In this document: one piece after another, positions 1-13,220 of the stretch | Layout: each line of letters opens with the position of its first letter | Position numbering within the stretch: position 1 is the first letter of the stretch | Source: Eledone cirrhosa | Taxonomy: Eukaryota | Assembly: GCA_964016885.1 (NCBI GenBank) | Contig: OZ024740.1 | Coordinates: 355,880,001 to 355,944,000, forward strand | Reading direction: 5' to 3' | DNA: 64,000 bases | Notes under the pieces: generated by a model | The model's input: the letters and a program-made list of their open reading frames with translations, nothing else | Told to the model about the DNA's origin: nothing | Database searches by the model: none | Program-made: the position numbers and the translations under genes

Positions 1-100
1 CATGGGAATTGACAAAGAAGACCACAGACCTTGATGGGAAACAGACTTTTGGTGTGAAGTTGTGCTTGCCCTCTCGCCTAACAGTGCTGGATAAGATAAG

Positions 101-386
101 ATGTATGTATGTATGTACGTATGTATGTATGTGTATGTATGTGTGTGTGTATATGTATGTGCGTGTATGTGTGTGTATGTGTGTATGTATGTATGTGTGT
201 ATGTATGTATGTGTGTATGTATGTATGTATGTATGTATGTGTGTATATGTGTATGTATGTGTGTGTGTATGTATGTGTGTGTGTGCGTATGTGTGTGTGC
301 ATGCGTGTGTGTGTGTATGTATGTGTGTATGTATGTATGTGTGTGTATATGTGTATGTATGTGTGTGTGTATGTGCGTTTGTGTGT
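101..386. repeat. Compound (TG)n/(TGTA)n microsatellite
   Basis: Direct reading; explains the spurious VC/YV/HT-rich ORFs at 9-466. Confidence 0.95.
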
Positions 387-589
387 GGATAATAGATACA
401 CTTCTGGTTCATTGTACAGATCTCACTTCATTTAAAAATGAAGTATTTTTCACTGAGAGTGTTTAATAAAGAAATATAAAATGAATTAATCTGAGTGATG
501 ACATCAAAGTCTATGTGAAAGAAATAGAACAGAATGGAAGATTCATGAATATATAGTACAAAGCAGATATGTTATATATATATATACAG

Positions 590-918
590 GCATACTCATT
601 AACTCCGATTTCGACGACGAGTGTTCCAGTTGATCTGATCAATGGAACAGCCTGCTTGTGAAATTAACATGCAAGTGGCTGAGCATTCCACAGACACCTG
701 TACCCTTAACATAGTTCTCAGGGTGATTCAGCATGACACAGAATGTGACATGGCTGGCCCTTCAAATTACAGGTACCATTCATTTTTGTCAGCTGATTGG
801 ACTGAAGTAACATGAAATAAAGTGTCTTGCTCAAGGACACAACAATGTGCTGCTGGGAATCGAACTCACAACCTTACGATTGTGAGCTGAGTACCCTAAC
901 CACAAAGCTACATGCCTT
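590..918 (-). mobile_element. tRNA-derived SINE with CORE-like central domain
   Basis: Minus strand starts ggcatgtagctttgtggttag (A-box-like), then gagttcgattccc (B-box), then gtgtccttgagcaagacact (CORE/V-SINE-like). Degenerate relatives near 3200-3500 and 23630-23910. Confidence 0.7.
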
Positions 919-1329
919 TACATACATACACATAAACTTCCACAAACTCTCACAGACACATACATATTAAATTCTAGAATTTGAAAAATTATATTTTTAC
1001 AGAGAGATATTATACTAAAAGAAAAGAAAAAATCTTTGTGCAATAAAGATTCTGATTATAGTATTTTATTGGTTGAATGAAGTTGGTAAGGTAGCAATTT
1101 ATCAGTCAAACATTTATTGGCTCCTAGCCTATCACTAACTAATGATGATCTATGTTCTGTGTGGGTGGAAAAATAGTTGTTAAATAGACATAATTAAGGA
1201 GATAGTGATCCTTTACCCTAATTAGCATTGCTACAAAAATAATTGATAAGTTAATTCAACAAAAGACCTGTAATTTATATTGAAGAAGGAATATATAGCA
1301 TTTATAGCTCTTAATCAAAATTATCTAAA

Positions 1330-1660
1330 ATAGTGCCTTAGCCTCGCTATCACCCATGGCAATGCTGTGAGCATATTGGCTTGCTTCAAGTGTTTAGTTA
1401 ACCCATATGATGTGATGTTTGGCCGACTGTCGTACTTGGTGGCGAATTGATGGTTGATTTTGTTTTTGCTTCCTACCCCTTTTTTCTTTTTTCTCTCTCT
1501 CTTTTATGTGTTTATATTTGTGCTTATCAATAGTATTATATTTGTAATGTACTTCTGAATGGATTGCGAGCAATTTATGTTATTTACACATTTGTAACCT
1601 TATTTATGTATATATTTAAACCATATTTGTGATGTTATTTATACAACTGTGAATAACATT
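1330..1660 (+). mobile_element. CRE-like non-LTR element 3' end remnant
   Basis: Encodes LSLAITHGNAVSILACFK (C-terminal motif of CRE-type RLE ORFs) plus a 3' UTR matching the minus-strand copy at ~25290-25530. Confidence 0.5.
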
Positions 1661-2377
1661 TTTGCAGTGAGTTCATCTTTGAACAGGTTGCTTAGGTGGG
1701 AGCACTGTTAGGCTTCTGTCGATTATGATGACATGTGTTACAATTGTCCCAACAACAGAACAGCTTCTTGGGTGCATTATATTGTGGCACCTGCACTAAC
1801 CTTTTAGAGCATGGATTAACTGCATTTTATGATGGTACCTGCATGGTGCATAGGGCACATTCCTGTATGGCTTTAACACTAGTGTGATCATTGTATCCTT
1901 AATAACAAAAAAAAAAAAGAAAAAATAGTTATTTTACGATATCTCTCCAAATTCTTGATTATATTCAAAATAACTAGCAGTGTCTATCTATGGTAATGAA
2001 GGGGTTAAATAACTAACTATTAATAAGCTTTGTTTTTTGATCAAGTTATTCAGCTATGTATATGGTTGTTGGTGGCAGTGTAAGATCTGTTGTTATTTGT
2101 CTTCAAAAGAGTAGGTTGCTTGAAGCTGATAACAAAGTTCTCTCACAATAAAGATTAATGCTAAAATATGTTAGCTGAAGACATGAAGTCTGCTAGTATT
2201 ACCAATATTAATAATTTCATAGCGAACCTGTTGACAATATTGCTTTCACGAAATTGTTTACGTTCCAGAAAGCGTAGCCAAATATATCAAATTTATATGT
2301 ATGTAGATGTGTATGCATGTATCTGTGTGTGTCTGTGAATGTGTTTGTGTATGTATCTGTGTGTGTGTGTATATATA

Positions 2378-2720
2378 TCATCATCATCATTTCATTTTAC
2401 GTCCGCTTTTTCCCTGCTTGCAAGGGTGGGATGGGAACTGATTCTGGCTTGATTTCTACAGCTGGATGCCCTTCCTAACACCAACCTCATTTACAGTGAG
2501 TGCTGGGTGCTTTTTTTTTGCCGTGGCACCTCCACGACCACTTTGCAGTGGAATGATATGAACCCCAGTCCCTATCATCTCATTTCTACAGCTGAGTAAA
2601 CTGGAGCAATGTGAAATAAAGTGTCTTGCTCAAGGAAACAACACATCACCCGGTCTGAGAATTGAACTCACAACCTTTTGATTGCAAGGCCAATGAACTA
2701 ACCACTAAGCCATGTGCCTC
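2378..2720 (-). mobile_element. tRNA/CORE SINE with RTE-derived 3' tail
   Basis: A/B boxes (tggcttagtgg, gagttcaattc), ccttgagcaagacact core, 3' part shared with the RTE 3' UTR at 3825-4090, ends in (GAT)n; second copy at 15972-16302. Confidence 0.75.
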
Positions 2721-3824
2721 CATATATATATATACCACCTAAGAGGTCAGTGGCTCCAATTAAATACTTATTTGGTCTGTGACGACCTGTCCAGCCCTTG
2801 CTATCAAAGAAAACAGACATTAAATGATGATGAGGATGATGATGATTATTATATATATGTATATGCTTATAGTATTTTATATGTATATATACATACATAG
2901 GTAGTATGCTAATAACTGACAATCTTTATTCATATGAAATGTTTAACCCTTTTGTTACCATAATTCTAATGGAGCACACTGTCTATAGCTTCCAAATTCT
3001 TTTGAAATTAATCAAGAATTTGGAGTGATTTAGAAAAATAACTTTCTCATTATTAAGCTGGTGTTTGGAACATAATTTAACAAAGGTTCTTACATAAAAT
3101 TATTTCTCCCATTTATTCAGTAATGTAACCAGTTGTCATATTATTTGATGTCTGATGTTATAATACATTTGAATATATTCTTCTCCATGCTTTTGGGTGC
3201 AGCAAAGCCATATGGTTAAGAAGTTTACTTTACAATCCTTAGTTAAATCTTGGGCAAGTGTTGTTTATCATAGCCTCAGGGCAACCTATTTCTTGGGATT
3301 GAATGTGGTGGATGGAAACTGTTTGAAAGCTTGTTGGATACACACTACTTGTAATTCAAATAGTTAGTGTCACACATACAATATCATGTGGAATCTCCCT
3401 GAGAATTACATTAAAGTACACATGTCTGTGGAATGCACAAGCTCTTACATTAATTTCATGAGCAGGCTGTTCAGTTGATTGAACAACTGAAATACTCATT
3501 GTCCAAACCAATGTTAAACCAACATCATCATCACCATCATCATTGATTAATGTCTATCTTCCACACTAGCATGGTTTAGACGGGTTTGTCTCATTTAGAG
3601 GCAAGTTGAGTTGGGTGACCAAGTCTCACTCATATTTGAGTGTTTCTGGCTGGTTTTCTACGGCTAGATGACCTTCCTAACGCCAACGACATTGACAGTG
3701 TGTGCTGGGTGCTTTTTGTCGTGTCTTTTACACGTCCACTTTACAGTGTGGGCTTTCTGTCATGACACCTACACGATCACTTTACAGTATGGGCCAGAAG
3801 TTTTGTGGTACTAACTTAATATAT

Positions 3825-4410
3825 ATCATCATCATCATCATCACTGTTTTACGTCCGTTCTTCCATGCTAGCATGGGTTAGACGGGTTGTCCTGTTGTGG
3901 GCAGTGTCTGTTCGGCTGACCATGCCTTGCTCATACAGGAACTGATTTTGGTTTGATTTCTACAGCTGGATGCCCTTCCTAACACCAACCTCATTTACAG
4001 TGAGTGCTGGGTGCTTTTTCCGTGGCGCCTACACGTCCACTTTACAGTGTGGACTGGGTGCTTTTTTGCTGTGGCACCTCCACGACCACTTTGCAGTGGG
4101 AGGTTGTGGGGGCATATTGTCTATATGCTTCAGCTTGTACCCATGGGAGGGTACTCTGTATTACTGCATGACACCAGAGGTCACGGTCGTGTGTCATCGC
4201 CTTTGAGAGGTGTAATTGGGTAAGGTCAGCTTTTATCACCTCATCCCAGGTCTTCTTGGGTCTCCCCACTCCGCGGTTTCCATTGACTTCTAGTGCTCTG
4301 CACCTTTTTATGCAGCTGTCATCCTTCATACGCATCACATGTCCATACCAACGCAACCGTCTCTCCTGCACACAGCATTTGATTCCTCTTATGCTCAGTC
4401 TCTCTCTCAA
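3825..4410 (-). mobile_element. RTE-clade LINE, 5'-truncated 3' fragment
   Basis: ORF 4042-4410 has RRLRWYGHVMRM...GRPKKTW; 3' UTR ends ggacgtaaaac..(gat)n. Confidence 0.85.
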
Positions 4411-5979
4411 TTCATTTATACTTTATATATATATACATGCACATCATGATAATGATAGACATATATATTTGTGTGCATATACCATATATGTAATATACAT
4501 ACACATATCATACAAATACATACACACTTCATTTATATACACACATAAATATATCATCAACCTCCTCGATTAGAGTTCATCATTCATGGGTAGGACGGAT
4601 TGACCCTTGTCTAGCTCAACTGGGGCAGATTTTGGCTTTGTTTCTACAGCTGGGTACCCTTTCTACCGCGAACCATATTTACAGTGTGTGCTGGGTGCTT
4701 TTTGTCGTGTTACCTACATGACCACATTACAGTGTAGACTGGGCACTTTTTGTCATGGCACCTATATGACAACATGTATCTATATTTATAATAAACCTAG
4801 ATTCTCCAGGATTATGATTTCAGATTACTTTAGATAATGTCAAATATATCATCAACCTCATGTGTATATATGAAGTGTGTATGTATATGTATGATATGTG
4901 TATGTATGATATATGTACGTATCTCTTTCTCTTTCTCTCTCACTCACTTTCTCTCACACTCTTTATCTCTCACACTCTTTCTTTCTCTCCTTTCCTCTCT
5001 CTATCTCTCTAACAAGCTGGGTGTACAAACCCATAAAGCTGGAAAAACAATCAGAGTCACTTGTGGGAATCAAATTGCAGTCATAAAAAACATCTACCTT
5101 AAAAAGTCCTGTCCAACGTATGCTAGAAATGAAAAGCAGACATAAAAGTGATGATAATGCTGATTTTATGTATGTACTAGCAGTGGTACCCGGCGTTGCA
5201 CGGGATAAGGTATTGTGAAATATATAACCGCCTTAGTAAGCTTAGTATTGTCACAATCACGGCTGGCAAAGAAGTAAGGGTCTGGTGGTATGTAAGTAAG
5301 CAACACTGTGGCTTAAAACGTGAGGAAGAAGTTGTGTGCACTTACCAACTGTTTGGGGAATGAGTGTGAGATTTGTCTTGAGCAAGGGTGGCAGATTAAC
5401 CGGAGGCAGCAGACAGCCAGACATACAGACAGATATTATAAGGACGCGTTTTGGACGCAGAGCGAATTGTAGGAAGTGATGTAATGCAGACAGCCAGACA
5501 TACAGACAGATATTATAAGGGCACATGTTTTACTCTTCATGTAGCAGCAGAAAGAAAGAATTTAGACTACAAAGGACAGGCTAAAGGAGCTTATCACTAC
5601 TATCAAGTTAACCAACTACAGTAGACCTACCAGGCTGGTTACAGTCTAAAAAATACCTATGCATCAAGCAACTTCATATTTTTGCATGAAAATTTGATCA
5701 TCAAAACTCGAACTATACTAAGAATATATATAATATTTTAAACAGTTTATGAAGTTCTTGGATGTGCATGTGAAACATTTTAAGATATCAAATAGTTTCT
5801 TACTGCACACATCTTACCTATCGAATTTTCTTCCAACTACAATTCGCAAAACTTCAAAAGCAACATCAATTGTTGTTTTTCTCCTTAAATTATGTTCTGT
5901 ACTTTATGTTCTGTACTTTTTCCTTCTCAGTAACCCCTTGTATTTTAGTAGCTTCATTGCCTTATTGGTATGAGTAAGA

Positions 5980-6710
5980 AAAACAAAGTTTTTAGGAATG
6001 GTAGGAGTAGTCAGAAGTATTGTATGATGTTGCACTGGAGAGGTTAGGTGGACGAATTGTAGGTAAGGGAAAGGGAAGATAGTTGGTTGTGGGGGAAAGT
6101 GTGATATGAGAGAGCAGTGACTTGGTTGATATTGTGAGCATGGATGAGGGAGCAGAGATTAAGGCGAGGGTATATTGTTTAAGGAACCAGAAGATATATT
6201 AGAACTGCATTCAGATTTATGATTATAGTGGAGGAAATGCAATTGGAGAAGCTGGTGCATTTAGTGGGGGTGGGATGGATTGATTAAAGTTGAGGTATGA
6301 GTGTGAGTTGATAGATTTGTTGTAGATTGAAGTGGCAATTGCAAGATTGGCTGATGATGGATCCAAAATAAAGATTCAAGGACGTTTATAGGAGTGTTGG
6401 AGATGGAAGAATTAAACTCAAGAGCAGAATTAAAGGAGGCGACAAAGGGAATGAAGGAACTGAGTTGAGCAAAGGTGAGAGATGTGGTGCCAATACAGCA
6501 GTCTGTAAAACAAATACACAGCTCTGGCATGGGTATGGTAAACTAAGAAAGTCTGGGTCTCAATATAACCAATGTAGAAGTTAGTGTAGCTGGGGGCTAT
6601 AACAGTTCCCATAGACACTCTAGTAATCTGTTAGTAGATCTTGCCAGAAAAATAGAAGCAGTTGAGGGTGGGAACAAGTTTGGCAAGCAAACAATGGTTG
6701 AGGTGCTTGT
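5980..6710 (-). pseudogene. Decayed Penelope-like (Neptune-like) RT fragment
   Basis: Translates to ...SMGTVIAPSYTNFYIGYIE... (PLE GxxMGxxxAPxxANxY motif) and a decayed DD region, then FVASFNSALEF. Confidence 0.6.
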
Positions 6711-6749
6711 AGTGTTAATAATAGTATTATACAAACTATTAATACAAAA

Positions 6750-8200
6750 TTATATGAGAACCAGCTTGCAGACATATTACATTACTTATAGAAAAAAAAA
6801 AATCTATAACATAAAAGTTTAATATTCAAAGCAGATGAGAGATTTTAGCAAACATAGAACATTTATCATGATGAACGACCATAACGATAACATTGCTTCT
6901 AACCTTAAATGTAGGTTAATAAACCAAGAGAAATTTGAGATTTGATTAGTAAGAAATTTCTAAGTAATAGTAATATTACCATCACTTTGTGTCATAGTGT
7001 TAATAAACACAATACCAAATTCAGCCAGATTGACCCTAGTAAAATTTTATACCCTGATCTCTAAAAACATTATTACAAAACTTTCGATTTTGTTATAATT
7101 TATAAATGTATAGATAATTATTCTTTCTAACATTGACATAAGGTCAGCATTTTAAGGGAAGTGGAAAGTCGACCATATTCTATTTTAGCAATCCTGGAAG
7201 GATGAATAGCAGAGCTGACCTTGGCAGGATTTGACCTCAGAACATGGAAGGCAGAATGGAATATGCTCTACTGGTACTGCTAATCCAACTCCATAGATAA
7301 TAATAATATAGAAGTTATAATATATGCTAGGAAGATTCTTCTTTTTGGTAATGACTGCTCCTGAGTTAAAGGAACTGAGACAGATAGATTCTTTGAGGTA
7401 AACATAGGGCTTTTGAATAGCACTGATAAATGTGACTTCACCAGATCATATATTTAGACATTCAAATCATAATATTGACAAAGTTAGCCATAGTTAATTC
7501 CCTGAATGCTATTAAAATTTTAAATACTAACTCATATAAACCATTTTGAAAACAAAATGAAAAGCTCACTTATATCATTACAGGTTCATGCCTCCTACCT
7601 ATAATATTCAAAATTCTTAACAATATACCGTATTTGCTAGTTTATTGGATGCGCTTTAAAAAAATACATATAACAATCTTCCTTGCATCCAGTATGCCCA
7701 TATCACCAATGGGAGGTTGAACGGAGGGTGAGGACAATCATGGTTAAGAAAATTTATTTTGTAGTATTAATCCAGCAATACAATACAATTTATATAAGCA
7801 AAATGATGTCAAACTTATATAAGAATTTCTGAAAAGACAATGAAATAATTTTTGATAAATTTATGAAGAAATATACTAAAATTCTTTTTCTGAAAACCAG
7901 GGGGCGTCTTATAGGAAGGGGCATCCAATAGGCCAGCAAATACAGTAAGTAGACGGATTTTGAATTCATCCCCATGTAAAATGAACTTTTAATGACACCT
8001 TTGAGTCAAGCTGATTCAAAGATAAGATCAAATACATCACCAAGTCAAATCCCTCAGACATAGAAAATACATTAGATACATTTGAGTTTACAATCTACAC
8101 CCACTGCAGATTAAGTCTAAGAGAAACATTTCTAAATTCAATTGATAAGCACTTTTCTGGAAGTTATAGATATATAATTAGTTTATTGGCCTAATTTCCT
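6750..8200 (+). pseudogene. Highly decayed relic of a PLE related to the 29-kb element, interrupted by a SINE and a MITE
   Basis: Fragments NDHNDNIASNLKCRLINQEKFEI, IIYARKILLF...FFEVNIG, YKPF*KQNEKLTYI and IDKHFSGSYRY align by eye to KDHKSDFDRKPSIRLINPTKSDIG, IILHARKTVLL...PFDVSMG, YYPYRKPNDNLHYI and IEKYFPLQHRY of the 29-31 kb ORF. Confidence 0.6.
7628..7945. mobile_element. pogo/Tc1-mariner-type MITE
   Basis: Imperfect TIRs ccgtatttgctagtttattggatgc / gcatccaataggccagcaaatacag flanked by TA on both sides. Confidence 0.65.
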
Positions 8201-9078
8201 TATTAACTTTGCTTCTAAAAGTCTTGGATCCAACATCCATTTGGAACTAAATGAGCATAGCTACTACAATCCACAGAAACCAGTGTATTGGATAAGAAAT
8301 ATAGAAATTCAGGTTAACAATGGAGCTGCTACATGCATGCTGAAGCTGCTAGAAGTAGCAGCTAAATCTCTCTCAAATCACATCTTAGTGCCCTATATAT
8401 ATTATCTGGAAAAAGAATATGATGAGATGCTCATGATGGAATGCTTTTTAGACATGACCTGGGGCTAAACAATAACAGCAACAACAACCACAAAATCAGT
8501 AAAACTTTGACTAGCTATTAGTAATTGGATCTTCTTTCAGGATATGTACCATGAAAAATGATATTCTATGTGCTGCCTGATCAATAACACTTAGATGGCA
8601 ACCTTATTGTTTTACTTGTTTAGCAAGCCAATAAGAGATTCTCTAAGTAGTTGCTTGACCTGCTACATATAGAAGTAAGAGCAGATAAATAAGGAGATAG
8701 AGGTATGACATCCAAGAATATATGAAGTGGTTCATAAGATCTACTAGACCAATTTAAACAAAAATGACTGCATTGGCGTTTGCCTTTTTGTTGGACAACT
8801 TCAGTGGCATAGACAGAGAGACTGGCTTACATGATTCATTGGTGGTCAAACACAAAATCACTTTTCTCAGGCTTGAGCCTTAGAGAGGAAATTACCAAGA
8901 TATTATATGAAACTTATAGTAGCAACAGAGTATAATCTCAGTAATATAATTAAAAAATATACATGATAATTTTCTTTGGTATTGATCACTTTTTCCTGGT
9001 ATTTACAAATCCAAATGCACATACACACAGACATATACATATACAAAAAAAAATTGAAATAAAAACATCTCAATTTCA

Positions 9079-9114
<36 letters not shown>

Positions 9115-9167
9115 ATATATATATATATATAGAAAGAGAGAGAGATAGATAGAGAGATAGATACACA

Positions 9168-9234
<67 letters not shown>

Positions 9235-9912
9235 GTATATTTATTGAATATCTGCATCCAACTTTTGAATTCAAGAATAAGAATGTATATAAATGTTGAG
9301 ATCTTTAGTAATTATTCAGTTAACTGAAACTCACTTTCCTCTGATATGGAGTTCTATTTTACTTGTAGATATTGATCAAAGACTAGCTGTAAGGCTTAGT
9401 TGATCAAAGAACAATCTATAATCCTCTTTTCATTAATACTTGATTCTTCCAAAATGCATTATTCTACTGTAATTCACTCTCTGTGCTATATATTCCACTA
9501 TCAAAATTTTGTTTAATCTAGTTTACCTTAGGCATGGCATAACATCATGATATAACTTTTATATTGTGAGGAGTTCTGAATTTTGGTAAGGTTGGATTAT
9601 TGGCTCAGCATAAAATCCTTCAAGTTTTCCCACAGACATCATTTGAACTCATCAATATTGCAATTCTGTTGCAAACATTATAATACACACTAATGTATAA
9701 ATATTCTTGCGAAGAGCAGCTAGGGGAACTTGGATAGTGAGGGCTTTGGTTAGAGTCTTGGCTATAGATGCAATGGCAATGACTGGAAATGAACTGCTAA
9801 AACACCTGGATAGTGACGTAATATTCTAGTGACTTGGATCTCCCTGTAGGTGTGTCAGTGTGTGTGTGCATATGTATATATATATATATATATATACAAA
9901 TTATTTCAGGTG

Positions 9913-10914
9913 TTACTATTGCGCAGAGGGTTCTATAGAAATGGTGGACAGCTTCCGTTACCTGGGTGACAAAATCAGCAGTGGGGGAGGGTGCTCTGAA
10001 AGTACAGTAGCTAGAGTCAGAACTGGATGGAAAAAGTTCAGAGAGCTTATACCACTATTAGCCGCTAAAGGGTTCTCCCTAAAAATGAAAGGCAGGCTGT
10101 ATGATGCCTGCATACGAACAGCAAGGTTGCATGGCAGTGAGACCTGGGCATTGCGTGCAGAGGATATACGCAGACGAGAGAGGAACGAAGCTTGCATGCT
10201 CCACTGGATGTGTAATAGTAATATACGTGAACGGCAAAGCATAAACGAACTAAGGGAAAAATTAGAAATAAGAGGGATCAGATGTTGTTTACTCGAGAGA
10301 AGGCTACGTTGGTATGGTCACGTGATGCGCATGAAAGACGACAGCTGTATAAAAAAGTGCAGGGCAATAAAGATAGACGGTAGCCACGGAGTAGGCAGAC
10401 CCAGAAAAACATGGGACGAGCTGATAAATTCCGACCTCACACACTTACACCTCTCCAAGACAATGTCACTGGACCGAGATCTTTGGTGGTACTCAGTAAT
10501 AGAGAAGACCCGCCTTACCTAAATACAAAGTAAAACCTACTACAGTCAGTAGGCATCTCTAACAAAATACACCCTCGTCCCACCACCCCCACCCCATCCA
10601 CACCGCCCCTTTCAATGTAAAGTTATGTTGGTGCCACAACATCCAGGCCGAAACAAATGAGATGGTGTAGGTGTCACGACAAAAAAACACACAGTCCACG
10701 CTGTAATGTGGCCGTGTAGGTAACACGGTAAAATCCTCCCAGTCCCACACTGTAAATGTGGTTGGTGTTAGGAAGGGCATCCAGCTGTAGAAAACCCGCC
10801 AGACAGTCCTATGCGAGCAAGACAACCACTCTTGCCTCAAGTGGGAAAACTCCCGTCCAAACCCATGCAAGTGTGGAAGATGGACGTTAAACGATGATGA
10901 TGATGATGATAGAG
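9913..10914 (+). mobile_element. RTE-clade LINE, 5'-truncated, with 17-bp TSD
   Basis: ORF to 10522 (FRYLG...HGSETW...RLRWYGHVMRM...GRPRKTW), 3' UTR with (GAT)n tail; acaaattatttcaggtg duplicated at 9896-9912 and 10915-10931. Confidence 0.92.
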
Positions 10915-10943
10915 ACAAATTATTTCAGGTGATAATATATATA

Positions 10944-13197
10944 TCTTTAGCGCATTATATCTGGAATCTTAAGGGAGCTTATATACCATATAGCCTTAAC
11001 TGGCGTTTAGTAGCACGCTCTAACCACCTTTCTACACATACTAAGTTTTGTAATCTCTGTATACTTGAGACACACTCTATAATTTTCTCTAGCGTATCCT
11101 TACTTAATAGAAAGTCTGAGATATTCTCTTCTTGCCCCCACGCCATTTCTAATTCTTACTTTTATTATAAACCCAAACGCTCTAGTAGTACAAATTGTAC
11201 CCATTAGCAGATATATTCCATTACTTATTTTTTAGTTTAGGTTCTTTTGTTTGCCAACATTATTGTTATCATCATTATTACCATTGGTTTTTGATGACTC
11301 TTCATTCTAGCTCTCATAATCATTTGGCTACTGTACCATATCTATGTTTTCACTATTATACCTTGTTAATATATATAAGATTACACACTTTACGCCATTT
11401 ACTTTATTCTATTATTATCTTTATTTTTATTTTTATTTTTATTATTAATTTTATTTTTAATTCTATTTTTATTTTTAATTTTATTCAGATTCATCTTTGG
11501 ATAACCCCCCTCCCCTCCCCCTCCCCCCTCCCCCCATGCGCACATAAACTTATTGTCAACCCCTCCAGATTGACCATGATTATATTTACCCCCCCCCCTC
11601 TTTTACGCTCCGTTCTATTATTTATTATAGTATATCGACTATATTTTATGCCCCTTTGCACCCTCCATATATTTCATCAATTCTGTCCCCATTAGCCTAC
11701 CTTAATTCCACTTAAGTCAGTTTTTTAGATATCGTTATGTATATGATAGTAAAAAATTTCATTCCTTTTTGTAAACATTTGTAACGAAACATTAAAGTTT
11801 ATAAACTTTAATGACTTAAACTACAGCTAATATTATACTACCTTATTAGATAGTTTTAATATTTTTAATATTAATTTATCAAATAGGGTTTTGAGTCAAT
11901 TAAAGTGATTGTTTTCCTTAGTGTTTACCTAACTTCTTAACCGCATGTGAGGCCTAAGTGTGTATATATTTGCTTTTGTTTTGTAATTTCCGGTTGATTA
12001 TATTTATTTATTTTATTCTATATTCTATTTACTATTCACTGTCTGGCTTTACTTACACATCCACATATGTCTGTCTACTAACCTTGTAATTATAAGTATT
12101 TATATATTATTTTATGTCAATTTATAATATATTATATTATATTGTATTGTAACATTGATCCTTATTACTTATTGTTCATTATATGTAACATTATGATATT
12201 TAAACTTTATATATCATGTAAGATGTCTGTATTTTTGTAATATTGTAATATTGATCCTTATTACTTACTGTTCATTATATGTAACATTATGATATTTAGA
12301 CTTTACATATCATGTAAGATGTCTATATATTTTTTTCTGTACCATCATAATTTTTTCTGTACCATCATAGTATTCTTTTGAGTATTATATAATTTATTTT
12401 TCCTCATTTACTCTGTAACCCAGTATGAATCGATTTGTATATATTGTTTATGGTAAATGTTAGTACACTGTTAACATATTATCATTATACTTTATTGTGA
12501 CATCTATATTGTTTCTGTAAATTAACCGGGGATTATCTATTATATTATATTGAATTATATAATTTTTATTGTTTATTATTTATTATATGTGTCTCTTGTA
12601 ATTATATCATATTATTGCCTCATGTATATTGGGTGGATGTATTGGTATTATTTTCACTCTTATCATGCTTATTTTTATATTCAAACTTCTAATAAGGCTT
12701 AATTTGTGTAGTTGAACATAGATGTGCGTATTGTTGTATATGTGTGTGTGTGTGTGTGTGTGTGCGCACATATATACATGTATATATTGTACCTTTTGAT
12801 TTTTAATTGTAATTTTAATGTTGGTAAAGGTATATTATTATAATGTATTATGTTATAATTCATTGTGTTATATATAATTCCTGCTCTATATAACCACATT
12901 TGTTTAGATTTAGGTTAGTTGCTTTGGACTATATTTGTAATATAGTTCTTAATGTTATATACATCCTTAGTTATTCTTATTATATATTTTTATTATTTTT
13001 ATTTTTATTTTTATTATTATATATTTTTGCAAGACTTTAGTATATGTACACTCCATATTCTTCGGAGCTTCCGGCTTGTATCTGCCGATATTACTTCTTG
13101 TTGTTTTGATTGCCCTGATGAGTCCTTAATAGGACGAAACATTGTCGGCTAATAAAAACTTTTGATGTATTAAAGGATTCTTTGTTTTACTCTCTTA
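10944..13197 (+). mobile_element. 5'-truncated PLE of a divergent family: GIY-YIG C-terminus, ~2-kb AT-rich 3' UTR, terminal HHR
   Basis: ORF 10929-11207 (LAHYIWNLK...YSLNW...CNLCILE...LLNRKSEIFSSCPH) aligns to the 31.2-31.45 kb C-terminus (LSGHIWDIK...YDLTW...CNLCSEE...LLNKKDELVTACKH); ends in HHR and AATAAA before (TA)n. Confidence 0.75.
13112..13149 (+). ncRNA. Minimal type I hammerhead ribozyme, canonical core
   Basis: gcc CTGATGA gtcct-taat-aggac GAAA cattg TC ggc: stem I gcc/ggc, stem II 5 bp, very short stem III, GUC site with cleavage after 13146. Confidence 0.85.
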
Positions 13198-13220
13198 ATA
13201 TATATATATATATATATATA

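Noticed and set aside
9-466. Long low-complexity ORFs (also the YI-, VC- and HT-rich ORFs near 8903, 14549, 18341, 52714)
   Set aside because: Translations of microsatellites, not genes
5177-5530. Helitron/Helentron-like non-autonomous element (actagca...cccggcgttgcacggg, cagacag repeats)
   Set aside because: Only a suggestive left terminus; no matching right end identified
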